From assembly GCF_006345805.1 (NCBI RefSeq), contig NC_043010.1, forward strand, positions 1,860,001-1,924,000: a stretch of 64,000 nt of DNA, read 5' to 3'. The position numbers were made by a program, and so were the translations under genes. The stretch is from Octopus sinensis. Taxonomy: Eukaryota. The notes under the pieces are model-generated. The model did no database searches, had not been told where the DNA came from, and saw nothing but the letters and a program-made list of their open reading frames with translations. Numbering within the stretch: the first letter of the stretch is position 1; every line of letters starts with the position of its first letter. This document shows positions 24,734-37,328 of this stretch, piece after piece.

Positions 24734-24819
24734 GATAGATAGATATATGAGAGAGAGATTCAGATATATAACTTATATATGTAATTATGTGTATGTTTGT
24801 ATGTATGTATTTATTTATG

Positions 24820-24859
<40 letters not shown>

Positions 24860-24946
24860 CATATACACACATACATACATATATATACAGATATACATAC
24901 AAATGTATATGTGTATATATATATATATAGAGAGAGAGAGAAAGAT

Positions 24947-25061
<115 letters not shown>

Positions 25062-25752
25062 TTTGTATATATACATTCATATAACATTCATATAAAATTT
25101 ATATATATATCTTTTGCTCACATTTAACAAACTAAATGAACTTTAAAAGATAAAAACAAAAACAAAATAAAACTACATGAATAAACAATCAAAACAAATA
25201 CAATAAGAATAGACAATAACAAAAAAAACAAACACAGCTAAAACCACACCAAAAAGGAAGGTAAAAATCCATTCACTTTTGCTTGTGAAATATTTAAAAA
25301 CAAAAATTTTTCACTGTCAAAATTCCTGACTTCCTAGAGTAATTAACGATTCAGTTTCCATATGCAATTCCGATATTCGTTGAATTAAGCCTGGCGTTAA
25401 CCATTAATGACAGTAATTATAATCATTTGGAAACATGGCAGAAACTAAAGAGCACAGGATCTGATTTGAATAATAATAATGTTTTTTTTATTTTTTTATT
25501 GGTTTTAGCTTGATGGTTGCTGGTTAATTTTTTTGATCTGTTTTGTTTAGTTATGCAAGTGTGTATGGATGTTTATGTATGTGCGTATGTATGTATGTGT
25601 GTATACATATGTACATGTATGCACTGACATACATACATGTAAGTTTGTATATATATATATATATAAGCACATATGTGGATGTATGTGTGTATATATATAT
25701 TTATATGTGGATGTATGTGTATTTATATGTATGTATATGTATATATATATAC

Positions 25753-25804
<52 letters not shown>

Positions 25805-27555
25805 GTGGATCTATGCATATTTATATATATATATATCTGTGTATGCATGTGTATATGTATTTGTGTGTGAGTATATTTTTATATATAAATGGATTTCCAC
25901 CACTTTCAATGGTGAGTATTCAGTTGTTCAATCAACTGAACTATCTGCTCATTGAATTAGCTTGTATTCCACAATACTGGCTGAGTATTCCACATACCCA
26001 CATACCTTATACCTTTAAGATAATTCTGAAGTAGAATCAATGAGATAAAGTTCAACAAAGCTGAACATTCAAATTACAAGTCTCATCCATTTGAGACATT
26101 TTACACATTTTACTGTTTGTCCCGTATCACACATGAGGCTCAGAAGAGCATAATGCTAAGATAAAAGATACATGAACTCGAGATGCCATGCAATGAGATT
26201 GAAACTGGAACCCCATGATTGTGAAGCAAACATTTTATCCATTCAGCCATACTTTAACCACATGTATGTGTATGAATAGGTAAGAATATATCAAAAAAGG
26301 CATATACTAGATACAGGCATTTTTGTGCTCAGACTGGAGCAGTGACACTGAATGAAGAGAGATAGAGTCCAAGCAAGAAATGAGCTGGTTATAGGCAATG
26401 AACCTTTTGAGCTAATGAAAATACAATAGCACTAAAGATGGACAGGCATCAAAGCTTTTACGAAATAGTTATACAGGAGTAAATATAAACATTAAGCAAA
26501 GAAAAGGAAAGTCAGGTAAGAGAGAGATCATAGCAATTCTTCGAAGGTATATATAAGGTAATAAGTATATATTCTGAAATAACAAACAGGAGGGTGAGTA
26601 CTCAAGACAATTGTAGAGTAGTTTATTTAGACTGATGAAGTGGCTTGTTACTCTGGAGTTTTTCTGACAGTGCCAATTCCTGAGACGGGATACAATCTAT
26701 TTCTTTCTGAGAAACTGGCAATTCCAGAGTAATGGACCACTGAATCAACTTCAAAATGCATGTGCGTGTGTAATGTAGTATATCGAACATAAAATATGAT
26801 CAATATTTAGAATTTCATGTGTTCCTTTATGGTGTCCATGAAGTGAAACCATATTTTATTTTGCACAATATCTTATTTTTGTTCTCCCTCAGTACACTGA
26901 GGATCAAGAGTGGATATATGTTCATATGTTTATTCAATATACTTTTACATTTTTCATTAATGAATAGCTCCATTATGTAACATCATACCTTACAATCAGA
27001 GTACATCATCAAATCATCAGAGTTTGTATAGTACATGAAATGTTAGCCTTTTGACAATTCATAGTAGTTAGATAAATAAGTTGTTTCTTCAGAGTTTGGC
27101 TTCTGTTGTGTTTGAGGTAGGAAAATTCATCTAAAAAGGTTGGCTGATTATGGGGAAGAATCTTCTAATGTACAGTACGAGATTTTAAAAAAATCCCTTG
27201 AAGTTACCCTTTCCTGCCCCAGCATTACTGACATTCAAAGACTGAAGCTAGTTATAGGATAAAATAAAACATGAAAATACAAGAACTAATGGCTGCTCAC
27301 CAAACGCATTGAGTCGAAACAGGGGCAGCTGAAGAAGGGGAATGTTCCTTGTGTTGGTTGTCTTGTACTCTGTTTTTTCGTTGTTAAAAAAAGTCTGTTT
27401 CCTTGTTTGGTTTTATGTTTTCGTTTCTCGTTGTGTTCTACGTTTATTTGTAGTGTCCTGTACTCATATATGCCTGTATATATACATATAGATGTAGGTA
27501 TGTACATATATGTATGTATGTATGCATATGTTTTATTTATTATATTGTTATTATA

Positions 27556-27589
<34 letters not shown>

Positions 27590-28406
27590 TGAGGGAATAT
27601 TATTTCAAACTTACAGGGAAAAATTCAATTTAGAAATATTTAATTTAGAAATATATTTAATCTTTCTATAATACATAATTTTCTAGATGGTATAATTTAA
27701 TTTTTCATTATTGGATTGATAAAAGGTGGGTTTTTTTTTTGTAATTTATATATATATATATATATACAAATAAGAAAATGGAGGAACAAATTCATTTCGA
27801 TCATCAACTTATGGATATTACAATTTCATATTATTTATTAATTATACAAATAGGAACATGAAAATTGAACAAAACAATATACATCAATATGCAAATTAAT
27901 AATAAAATAAAAATAATAATACAAATAAACTGCTCCTTACAGCTGTTTCAGCCTATGGTCAAGAGACAATCCAACTTAAATTGCTCATATATGCCATTGT
28001 AATAGTCCTAGGCATTAAAGATTATATTTGTCTGATTAAATAACCAGCAGTATACTGGATAACTGATATCCCATAGTGGGTTACTCTCATAACCCCTATC
28101 TTACTTTGTACTTTATATATATATATATATATATGTAAAGAACACTAAAGGACTAAGGAATTTTATAAAAACAACGTTAAAAATTACATGTTAAAACATA
28201 TACATCTTTATGCATGTTATAGACCCAAAAAGTCTCTGAGCAAAGTAAAATAAAAATATTTAATACTTATTGTACAGTTTTAGCCTGTTATAAGCTGAAA
28301 ACTTTCTCTACTACAACTCCGAGTCCCAATATTTGTGTGCATATGTACACAGATGTGTGTATTTGAATGTGTGTCCATGTGTCTGTGTAAGGTATGTGAC
28401 CTAATG

Positions 28407-28822
28407 AAGGCGGCGATCTGGCAGAATCGTTAGTGCGCCAGGGGAAATGCTTAGCAGTATTTCGTCTGCCGTTATGTTCTGAGTTCAAATTCCTCTGAGG
28501 TCGACTTTGCCTTTCATCCTTTCAAGGTCGATAAACTAAGTACCAGTTTCACACTGGGGTCGATGTAATCGACTTAATCCGTTTGTCTGTCCTTGTTTGT
28601 CCTCTCTGTATTTATCCCCTTGTAGGTAGTAAAGAAGTAGGTATTTCGTCTGCCGTTATGTTGTGAGTTCAAATTCCGCCAAGGTCGACTTTGCCTTTCA
28701 TCCTTTCGAGGTCGATAATTTAAGTACCAGTTACTCACTGGGATTGATGTAATCGTCTTAATACCTATGTCTGTCCTTGTTTGTCCCCTCTACGTTTAGC
28801 CCCTTGTGGGTAATAAAGAAAT
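28407..28822 (+). mobile_element. Family A SINE dimer with 16-bp target site duplication
   Basis: Full monomer 28407-28638 plus a headless monomer 28639-28822; AGGTATGTGACCTAAT at 28390-28405 and 28823-28838. Confidence 0.88.
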
Positions 28823-29279
28823 AGGTATGTGACCTAATAGTTAGGATATTTGGACAAATGATAATAAGGTCGTGGTTTCACATCTTGGACTGAGTGGTTC
28901 TTTGTGTCCCTGAAGAAGACACAGAGTAGTGTCTTCTTGAGGAACACAGTGACTTTGGTCTGCATAGTTGCAATGAATACCAGTTTACTGCAAGTGCAGC
29001 TCTCTTTCCCTCCAACCATCACAACTTCAATTTTCTGCTGGATCAAGGATTGGAAAAGAGAGAACGTGAGTATATCTGCTCACAACTACATAGGCACCTA
29101 AAACGATTAGTAACAGCATAATACATGCCACACGATCATACTGGCATGATTTGGTGGCATGTACGATGCATTCACTAATTCTATTAGTGTATATGTATAG
29201 CATACACTCATATACACACGCACACAGATATATATACATACGTACACAACAGATTACTGATATACCAGCATCAGTAATA

Positions 29280-29281
29280 TA

Positions 29282-29328
<47 letters not shown>

Positions 29329-30032
29329 GTGTGTGTATGTATATATATATACGTGTGTGTATGTATATATATATATACGTGTGTGTATGTATGTATATAT
29401 GTATATATATACACACATATGTGTATATATATATATACACATATGTATATAAATATATATATATATACATATGTGTGTATATATATATACATATGTGTGT
29501 ATATATATATATACATATGTGTGTGTATATATATATACATACATATGTGTGTGTATACATACACACACACACATGTATATATATATATATACATACATAT
29601 GTGTGTGTGTGTGTATATATACACACACATATATATATGTGTGTATACATACACACACACACACACATATATATATGTATGTATATTCTCTGCATTCAGT
29701 AAATACATTTAAGCATATACTTCACTGTAGCTATTATCTTATTCTCATGCAGTGTGGGTGTAATATTAATTTATTAATGCTTGTCAAACTAACACTAATA
29801 TCCACATTAACTCAGCCTTGTATTTGTAATAGCTGTGAGCTACATGACTTGAAACTGTTCTTTCTTGGCAACAAGATAAGCTGTATGATCACTGATACAG
29901 ACTTGTACAAATGTGAACGTACTGTAAGCTCCATATCCTTGTCCATGTTGTTGTGCAGACAACAAAAGGGCATATTATTCAAAACCCATTTTACAGATGC
30001 TCTCTCCCTCTCTCTTGCTCTCTCTATATATG

Positions 30033-30063
<31 letters not shown>

Positions 30064-30775
30064 TATATATATATATACGTGTGTGTATGTATATATATAC
30101 GTGTGTGTATGTATATATATATACATATGTGTGTATATATATATATATGTATATATATACATACATATGTGTGTGTATATATATATATACACATATGTAT
30201 ATAATATATATATATATACATATGTGTGTATATATATACATATGTGTGTATATATATATATACATATGTGTGTGTATATATATACATACATATGTGTGTG
30301 TATACATACACACACACACATGTATATATATATATATACATACATATGTGTGTGTGTGTGTATATATACACACACATATATATATGTGTGTATACATACA
30401 CACACACACACACATATATATATGTATGTATATTCTCTGCATTCAGTAAATACATTTAAGCATATACTTCACTGTAGCTAATTATCTTATTCTCATGCAG
30501 TGTGGGTGTAATATTAATTTATTAATGCTTGTCAAACTAACACTAATATCCACATTAACTCAGCCTTGTATTTGTAATAGCTGTGAGCTACATGACTTGA
30601 AACTGTTCTTTCTTGGCAACAAGATAAGCTGTATGATCACTGATACAGACTTGTACAAATGTGAACGTACTGTAAGCTCCATATCCTTGTCCATGTTGTT
30701 GTGCAGACAACAAAAGGGCATATTATTCAAAACCCATTTTACAGATGCTCTCTCCCTCTCTCTTGCTCTCTCTAT
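29280..30775. repeat. Tandem duplication, period about 747 bp
   Basis: Unique cores 29681-30024 and 30428-30772 differ by eye only by one A (GCTATTATC vs GCTAATTATC); the preceding compound microsatellites share the same motif order. Confidence 0.92.
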
Positions 30776-31005
30776 ATATGTATATATATATATATGTATA
30801 TATTGTGCCAGAACAATTAATCCCCTAGGACAATTACCCACCCCCATCCTGGTTAATTACCCCTCTCCAATATATTAAGAAGTTTTAAATCATCATCTGT
30901 GGTACTCAAGGCTAATTGTCCTGGGGTGGGGTGTTATTGTCCATGTGTGTGTGTGTGTGTGTAAATATCCTAGACTCATACATATATATATATATATATA
31001 TATTG

Positions 31006-31237
31006 AAGGCGGCGTGCTGGCAGAAATGTTAGCACGCCGGGCGAAATGTGTTGCCGTATTTCGTCTGCTGTTATGTTCTGAGTTCAAATTCCGCCGAGGT
31101 TGACTTTGCCTTTCATCCTTGCAGGGTCGATAAATTAAGTACCAGTTACACACTGGGGTCGATGTAATCGACTTAATCCCTTTGTCTGTCCTTGTTTATC
31201 TCCTCTGTGTTTAGCCCCTTGTGGGTAGTAAAGAAAT
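31006..31237 (+). mobile_element. SINE family A, full length
   Basis: AAGGCGGCGTGCTGGCAGAAATGTTAGC head through GTGGGTAGTAAAGAAAT tail, inserted in (TA)n. Confidence 0.88.
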
Positions 31238-31806
31238 ATATATATATATAACCATCATCATTTTAACAGTCACTTTCCCATGCTTGCGTGGGTCAGATGA
31301 AGTTTAATGATGCAAATTTTCTACAATCAGATTCTCTTCTCACCTGTTTCTGAATAAAGTAATGTTTCTCCAGGGTAGGGCATGTTTTTGCAGAACATTA
31401 GAAATGAATGATGTCAAGAAAAAGGGACCAAAATATACACACACTATCATATACATACAGATGCATATATGATTTCTTTTAGTTTCTGTCTCTCAAAATT
31501 CACTCACAAGGCATTGATTGCCCAAAGTGTTGTGCAATGGGACTGAGCCCAAAGCCATGTGGTTGCAAATTAAAACCTTAACCACAGAGCCATACAACCC
31601 CTATATATATATATATATAAAGCAAATAAGTAACAAGCATGTCCAGGTATTAAGTGCATTTCTAATACCTAGACATCCTTGTTTCCTATTTGCTTTTTAT
31701 TCACCTTACTTGAAGCTGTGCAGATAATGCCAGGTGACTTGCTGCCTCAACTTAAGTACCCAATTCAACTGAATCTGTGTGTGTTTGTGTGTATGTGTAT
31801 ATAAAC

Positions 31807-31844
<38 letters not shown>

Positions 31845-32746
31845 TGTGCCACCACCACCAATTGACAAAACTGGTGTTGGTTTGTTTACATCCCCATAAC
31901 AGCAATTCAGTAAAAGAAACCAATAGAAAATGGTTAAGATAAGTTCTGGGATCAATTTGTTTGCAATGATTGAAGCAAGAAAAATGGCACATATAATGGG
32001 CTTCTTTCAGTTTCTGTCAACTAAATCCATTCACAAGTCTGATTGGACCACAAATACTGTAGAAGACACTTGCCCAAGGTGCCATGCAGTGGGACTGAAT
32101 TCAAAACCATGAGGTTAGAAAGCAAACTTCTTAACCACACTGCCATACACACACACACTGCCATACACACACACTGCCATACACACACATAGAGACACAC
32201 GTAGCATACACATTCATTCATACACCTACTCACACACTCTGTCTCCTTTGCATACATATATTCATTCATAATTAAAACATTGTACAAAGAGATATTTAGG
32301 CTCTGAGATGTGTACATCATCATAAAGCTAATTTGTGATATAGTTTCCTTGTTATTTTAAGGCCTTACATACATGTGCAGACTGAATATTAAAGAGCAAT
32401 GTGTTTATAAAATAAATATTATAATTCTGTAAATGAAAGATCTCCATAAATGCCTCATAGATACAAACATTATCATTGCTTTTGATGATTCCTGGCTTGT
32501 TCCCATATATTTAGTTGTGGATATGATGTTTTATCTAGTCTCATTGATATCATGAAGCCATAAATTGACTTCAGACATCTGTGTCTATGAAGGTATATAT
32601 ATGTATGTGTATATGATATATAAATGCATATATATATTTTTTTTTATACCTTTCTATCTGCATAGCTGTCTATCTCTACATCTATCTCTCTATACAGCGA
32701 ATCTATTTATAAATTTCTCTCTGTGTCTGTGTATCAATACGTATAT

Positions 32747-33577
32747 TCTTTTAATCTTTTACTTGTTTCAGTCATTTGACTGTGGCCATGCTGGTGCACC
32801 GCCTTTAGTCGAGCAAATCGACCCTGGGACTTATTCTTTGTAAGCTCAGTACTTATTCTATCGGTCTCTTTTGCTGAACCACTAAGTGATGGGGACGTAA
32901 ACACACCAGCATCGGTTGTAAGCAATGCTAGGGGGACAAACACACACACACAAACACACACACATACAAGCATATATATATATATACATATATACGACAG
33001 GCTTCTTTCAGTTTCCGTCAACCAAATCCACTTTGCCTTTCATCCTTTCGGGGTCGATAAATTAAGTACCAGTTACGCACAAAGGTCAATGTAATCAACT
33101 TAATCTGTTTGTCCTTGTTTGTCCCCTCTATGTTCAGCCTCTTGTGGGCAATAAAAAAAAAATTATATATATATATATATAGGTGCAGGAGTGGCTGTGT
33201 GGTAAGTAGCTTGTTTACCAACCACATGGTTCCAGGTTCAGTCCTACTGCATGGCACCTTAGGTAAGTGTCTTCTACTATAGCCACGGGCCGACCAAAGC
33301 CTTGTGAGTGGATTTGGTAGACGGAAACTGAAAGAAGACCGTCGTATATATGTATATATATGTATGTGCGTGTATGTTTGTGTCTGTGTTTGTCCCCCTA
33401 GCATTGCTTGACAACCAATGCTGGTGTGTTTATGTTCCCGTCACTTAGCGGTTCAGCAAAAGAGACCGATAGAATAAGTACTGGGCCCGCAAAGAATAAG
33501 TTTCAGGGTTGAGTTGCTCGGTTAAAGGCGGTGCACCAGCATGGCCACAGTCAAAATGACTGAAACAAGTAAAAGAG
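32747..33577. mobile_element. Composite: family B (-, head-truncated) / family A 3' part (+) / family B (+, full)
   Basis: Junction CCAAATCCA-CTTTGCC at about 33030 switches from B to A; the full B copy spans 33183-33577. Confidence 0.8.
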
Positions 33578-33598
33578 AAAAAAAAAAAAAGAGCTATA

Positions 33599-34360
33599 TA
33601 CAAGGTTTGATCAAAAAGTACTGGAACTGTTGCTATGGTAACAGAATTAAAGTCTACAGAGTGAAGTCCCTTGGCACAAATTGACCCAGAACTCTGAGGC
33701 ACATGTACAAAGTTATAAAGTTCATGCTCAATTCCATTGTTTATGGCAGTGCTTGGAAGTCAAATGTGTAGAGTGTAGTCATTTCAAAAAGAAAGATCAC
33801 CTTGATCATGTCGAAGAAGAGGAAAACATTTTAAAAATGGTTATAATGAATCATGGGTCTGTGGCTATAATCCTGAAACCCAGGCTCAGTTTCTGTAGAG
33901 GAAAAACCCCAACAAGATTTCAAGATAGGCGGCGAGCTGACAGAAACGTTAGCACGCCGGGTGAAATGCTTAGTGATATTTCATCTGCTGTTACGTTCTA
34001 AGTTCAAATTCCGCCGAGGTCGATTTTGCCTTTCATCCTTTCGGAGTTGATTAAATAAGTACCAGTTACACACTGGGGTTGATATTATCAACTTAATCCA
34101 TTTGTCTGTCCTTATTTGTCCCCTCTGTGTGTAGCCCTTTGTGGGTAGTAAAGAAATGAGAGTTTGAGGAAATCCAAGAGAATGCGATGAGGCAGCTGCT
34201 TGCATCCCAAGAAAGGAGTTTCAGAAATACTTCAATCCATAGAAACACACAACTGTGTGGCCCCAGAAAGGGACTCAAAGGTGATTAAATGCTTGATTGA
34301 TATATTTTGTAGTTTTCTTTTTATAGCACCAGTCCTGATACTTTTTGATCAGAGCTCATA
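33599..34360 (+). mobile_element. Internally deleted mariner element interrupted by a SINE
   Basis: TIRs TACAAGGTTTGATCAAAAAGTACTGGAACT / AGTCCTGATACTTTTTGATCAGAGCTCATA. Remnant NESWVCGYNPETQAQ resembles mariner DESWVYGYDPETKQQ; EEIQENAMRQL resumes after the SINE. Confidence 0.8.
33927..34157 (+). mobile_element. SINE family A, full length, nested in mariner
   Basis: Head AGGCGGCGAGCTGACAGAAACGTTAGC to tail GTAGTAAAGAAAT. Confidence 0.88.
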
Positions 34361-34852
34361 TTTACAGACAACATGAAACTTACACATACTAAGACACAGA
34401 AACGCATGTAGTAGTATAATACATATATAAACTCAAATAAATATACACATAGATATACATGTATATGTTTAGGGAGTTCAACAAGCATATACAATTACTC
34501 TTGTGCACAAACGTGTGTGAGCCATGGCTCATGGTAAAGAAGGGCAATTTATATACCCCCATTGATTGATAATTGGCTTTTGTTTGTTTATATCCCCAGA
34601 AATTAGTGGTTTGGCAAAAGAGACTGATAGAAAAGGTACTAGACTTTAAATATAGGTACTAAATTTGATTTGTTTAACTAAAACCCTTCAAGACAATGCC
34701 CCAGTATGGCCACAGTTGACTGACTGAAACAAGTAATAGCTAAAAGATATACTCATGCATACACTGCATACACAAGCATGTGCACACACGTATGCATATG
34801 CACACACGCACACACTGATACACATACGCACATGCACACACAGACACACATA

Positions 34853-35074
34853 TACAAGGGGGTGCTAGAAAGTTCCTGGCATTAAGGGTGTCACAAAAGG
34901 CCTGGTTGGGGGCTCAACATTTTGAGTTCTTTTACAGGGTTCAGAAAAACTGAAGGCCTGCTGCAATAAGTGTGAATCTGAGAGGGGGAATATGTTGAAT
35001 AAAATCATAATTAACTGATCCTTCTTGTATTTTCTTTTACTCAAAGCCAGGAACTTTCCAGCACTCCCTCATTA
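34853..35074. mobile_element. Mariner-type MITE, second copy
   Basis: TIRs TACAAGGGGGTGCTAGAAAGTTCCTGGC / GCCAGGAACTTTCCAGCACTCCCTC; the interior is the reverse complement of 1294-1509. Confidence 0.78.
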
Positions 35075-35201
35075 ATATACACAAACATGTACAGAAGTGA
35101 AACACCTCCCACATTCATGAACTTAAGTGGAAAGCATTGTCCACAACACAGGTGCTTTTACACATGCACACACATGACCAAAATATACGCATAAAAGAGA
35201 G

Positions 35202-35237
<36 letters not shown>

Positions 35238-35735
35238 TGCATACATAAATACATATATGCAAGCAAAACTACACATAAACATGAAAGTATCATGTACAGT
35301 ACATAACTTGTATGAACATAAATACACACATACACACAAACATGTGTATGCATTTGCTTCTATCCAAAATGTTGGCTGCTGAAGCAGGTGCTTCAGCAGG
35401 CATGGAAACTTTTAGTTTCAGCTAATTGGTTACTGCTGACTTAATTAAATTATCTATACTTTACTTCCTGTATTGAGTGCTTTTTCTCTTACTCATTATC
35501 ACTAATGTTTTGCATGAATGCCATGCATGTGTGCACATGCACACACAAACATATATGTTAGATATTGTTCAAACACAAGGATATATATATATATATATAT
35601 AGATAGATAGATATATAGATATATATATATAGATAGATATATAAGATATATATATATAGATAGATATATAGATATATATATATAGATAGATATATAGATA
35701 TATATAGATATATATATAGATATATATATAAAGAT

Positions 35736-35793
<58 letters not shown>

Positions 35794-36157
35794 CACATTT
35801 AATCCACACACGTCAATATGCATATGCTTCCACATATACACAAATAATAATTAGGCTCATATATTTTTATATACAAATGCAAGCTACACTGCACCATCAA
35901 AAGAAATCAAGGCAAATGTAATGTACACACACACTCTATCTCTCTCTCTCTCTCTCTCACTAAATTGACACACACAAAACCTAATGGGATTGTGTGTGTG
36001 TGTGTGTGTGTGTGTATCTCCATTCAGGTTTGGCAATGAGTATTCAGTTGTTTGATTCACTGAACTGTCTACTGAATTAACAAAACAGGTAGCTGAGTAT
36101 TCCACAGCTACTTGAAAAGTAAGGATGTGCTAGCAGGTGTGGTGTGTAAATATTCTG

Positions 36158-36434
36158 TCTTTTACTTGTTTCAGTCATTAGACTATGGCCATACAGGAGC
36201 ACTGCTTTGAGGAATTTTTAATCAAATGAATCAACCCCAATATTTAATATTTTTTAAAGCTTTATACTTATTTTATTGTTTCTTTTGCCAAACCACAAAG
36301 TTATTGGAATGGAAAGACACCAAGTGGTGGTGGACAAACACAGACACACATATACATACATATATATATATACATACATACATATATATGTATATAATGT
36401 ATGTATATATTTGCAAAACATATTTGTATGTATG

Positions 36435-36467
<33 letters not shown>

Positions 36468-36549
36468 ATATGTATGTATGTATATATATATATGTATGTA
36501 TATATATATATATATATACATATGTAAATATACATACATAGACATATAT

Positions 36550-36603
<54 letters not shown>

Positions 36604-36720
36604 TAAGCTTTTTCAGTTTCCAAATCCACTCACAAGGCTTTTGGTCAGCCCAAAGTTATAGTAGAAGACACTTGCCCAAGTTTCCAAGCAGTGGGACTGA
36701 ACCCAGGACCATGTGTTTGC
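36158..36720 (-). mobile_element. SINE family B with expanded internal microsatellite
   Basis: Tail at 36158, (TA)/(TATG)/(CA) expansion at about 36340-36600, core and partial head to 36720. Confidence 0.75.
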
Positions 36721-36974
36721 TAGTGATTCCTGCTCTTACTACATGACACCTTTACACAACTCACCACTCAACTGACAATCCTCCACCCCACGTGTCTGTT
36801 TGGGTAGTTGTTAACAGTACCGGTTTGATGAAGCTGGAGTAAAAATCTTACCTCAACCCTTTTTTTGTTGCCTTTTATGACATACAAAGAAAAGATTGAG
36901 TCTATTCTCTGACTTATTGGCCCTCACTGAAAACACAACCAGGTGATGGATTAAATCCACCTGGCTCAATGTTT

Positions 36975-37200
36975 ATCATCATCATCATCGTTTAGCGTCC
37001 GCTTTCCATGCTAGCATGGGTTGGACGGTTCAACTGGGGTCTGTGAAGCCAGAAGGCTGCATCAGGCCCAGTCTGATCTGGCAGTGTTTCTACGGCTGGA
37101 TGCCCTTCATAACGCCAACCCCTCCGTGAGTGTAGTGGGTGCTTTTTACGTGCCACTCGCACAGGTGCCAGACGGAGCTGGCAAACGGCCACGGACAAAT
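36975..37200 (-). mobile_element. Family C element
   Basis: (ATC)n tail then CGTTTAGCGTCCGCTTTCCATGCTAGCATGGG...GGATGCCCTTC. Confidence 0.8.
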
Positions 37201-37280
37201 GGTGCTTAATCAGCTCCTCCCACAGATTTTCATAGTCTTTATTTACACAATTCTGCTCATTGGTCAATCTAAGACAAAGG

Positions 37281-37328
37281 CGGAAAAGACCATGTTCGGA
37301 AAAGACCATGTTCGGAAAAGACCATGTT
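37281..37328. repeat. Three perfect tandem copies of CGGAAAAGACCATGTT (16 bp)
   Basis: Direct reading at 37281, 37297 and 37313. Confidence 0.95.

Noticed and set aside
27295-27350. GTCGAAACAG...CTGAAGAAGGGG as a hammerhead
   Set aside because: The core halves are in the wrong order or lack a partner, so no complete fold; possibly PLE-related but unsupported.
28911-28945. CTGAAGA followed by a hairpin
   Set aside because: The stem absorbs the core nucleotides and no GAAA follows.
28860-29065. 150-nt plus-strand exon candidate (donor AAC|GTGAGT) versus a minus-strand Tc1-like fragment (VMVGG...SKLVFI)
   Set aside because: The two readings are incompatible and both weak; it cannot be resolved without BLASTx.
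29027-30481. Long ORFs (up to 336 aa) rich in Y/I/C/V/T/H
   Set aside because: They are translations of (TA)n/(CA)n microsatellites plus a duplicated block. The same applies to most ORFs at 4.5-5.6, 15.6-16.8, 24.7-25.9, 35.5-36.6, 44.5-46.4 and 57.6-58.7 kb.
36851-36925. Minus-strand segment with excellent acceptor and GAG|GTAAGA donor
   Set aside because: Stops in all three frames and similarity to a dispersed repeat (compare 38770-38850).
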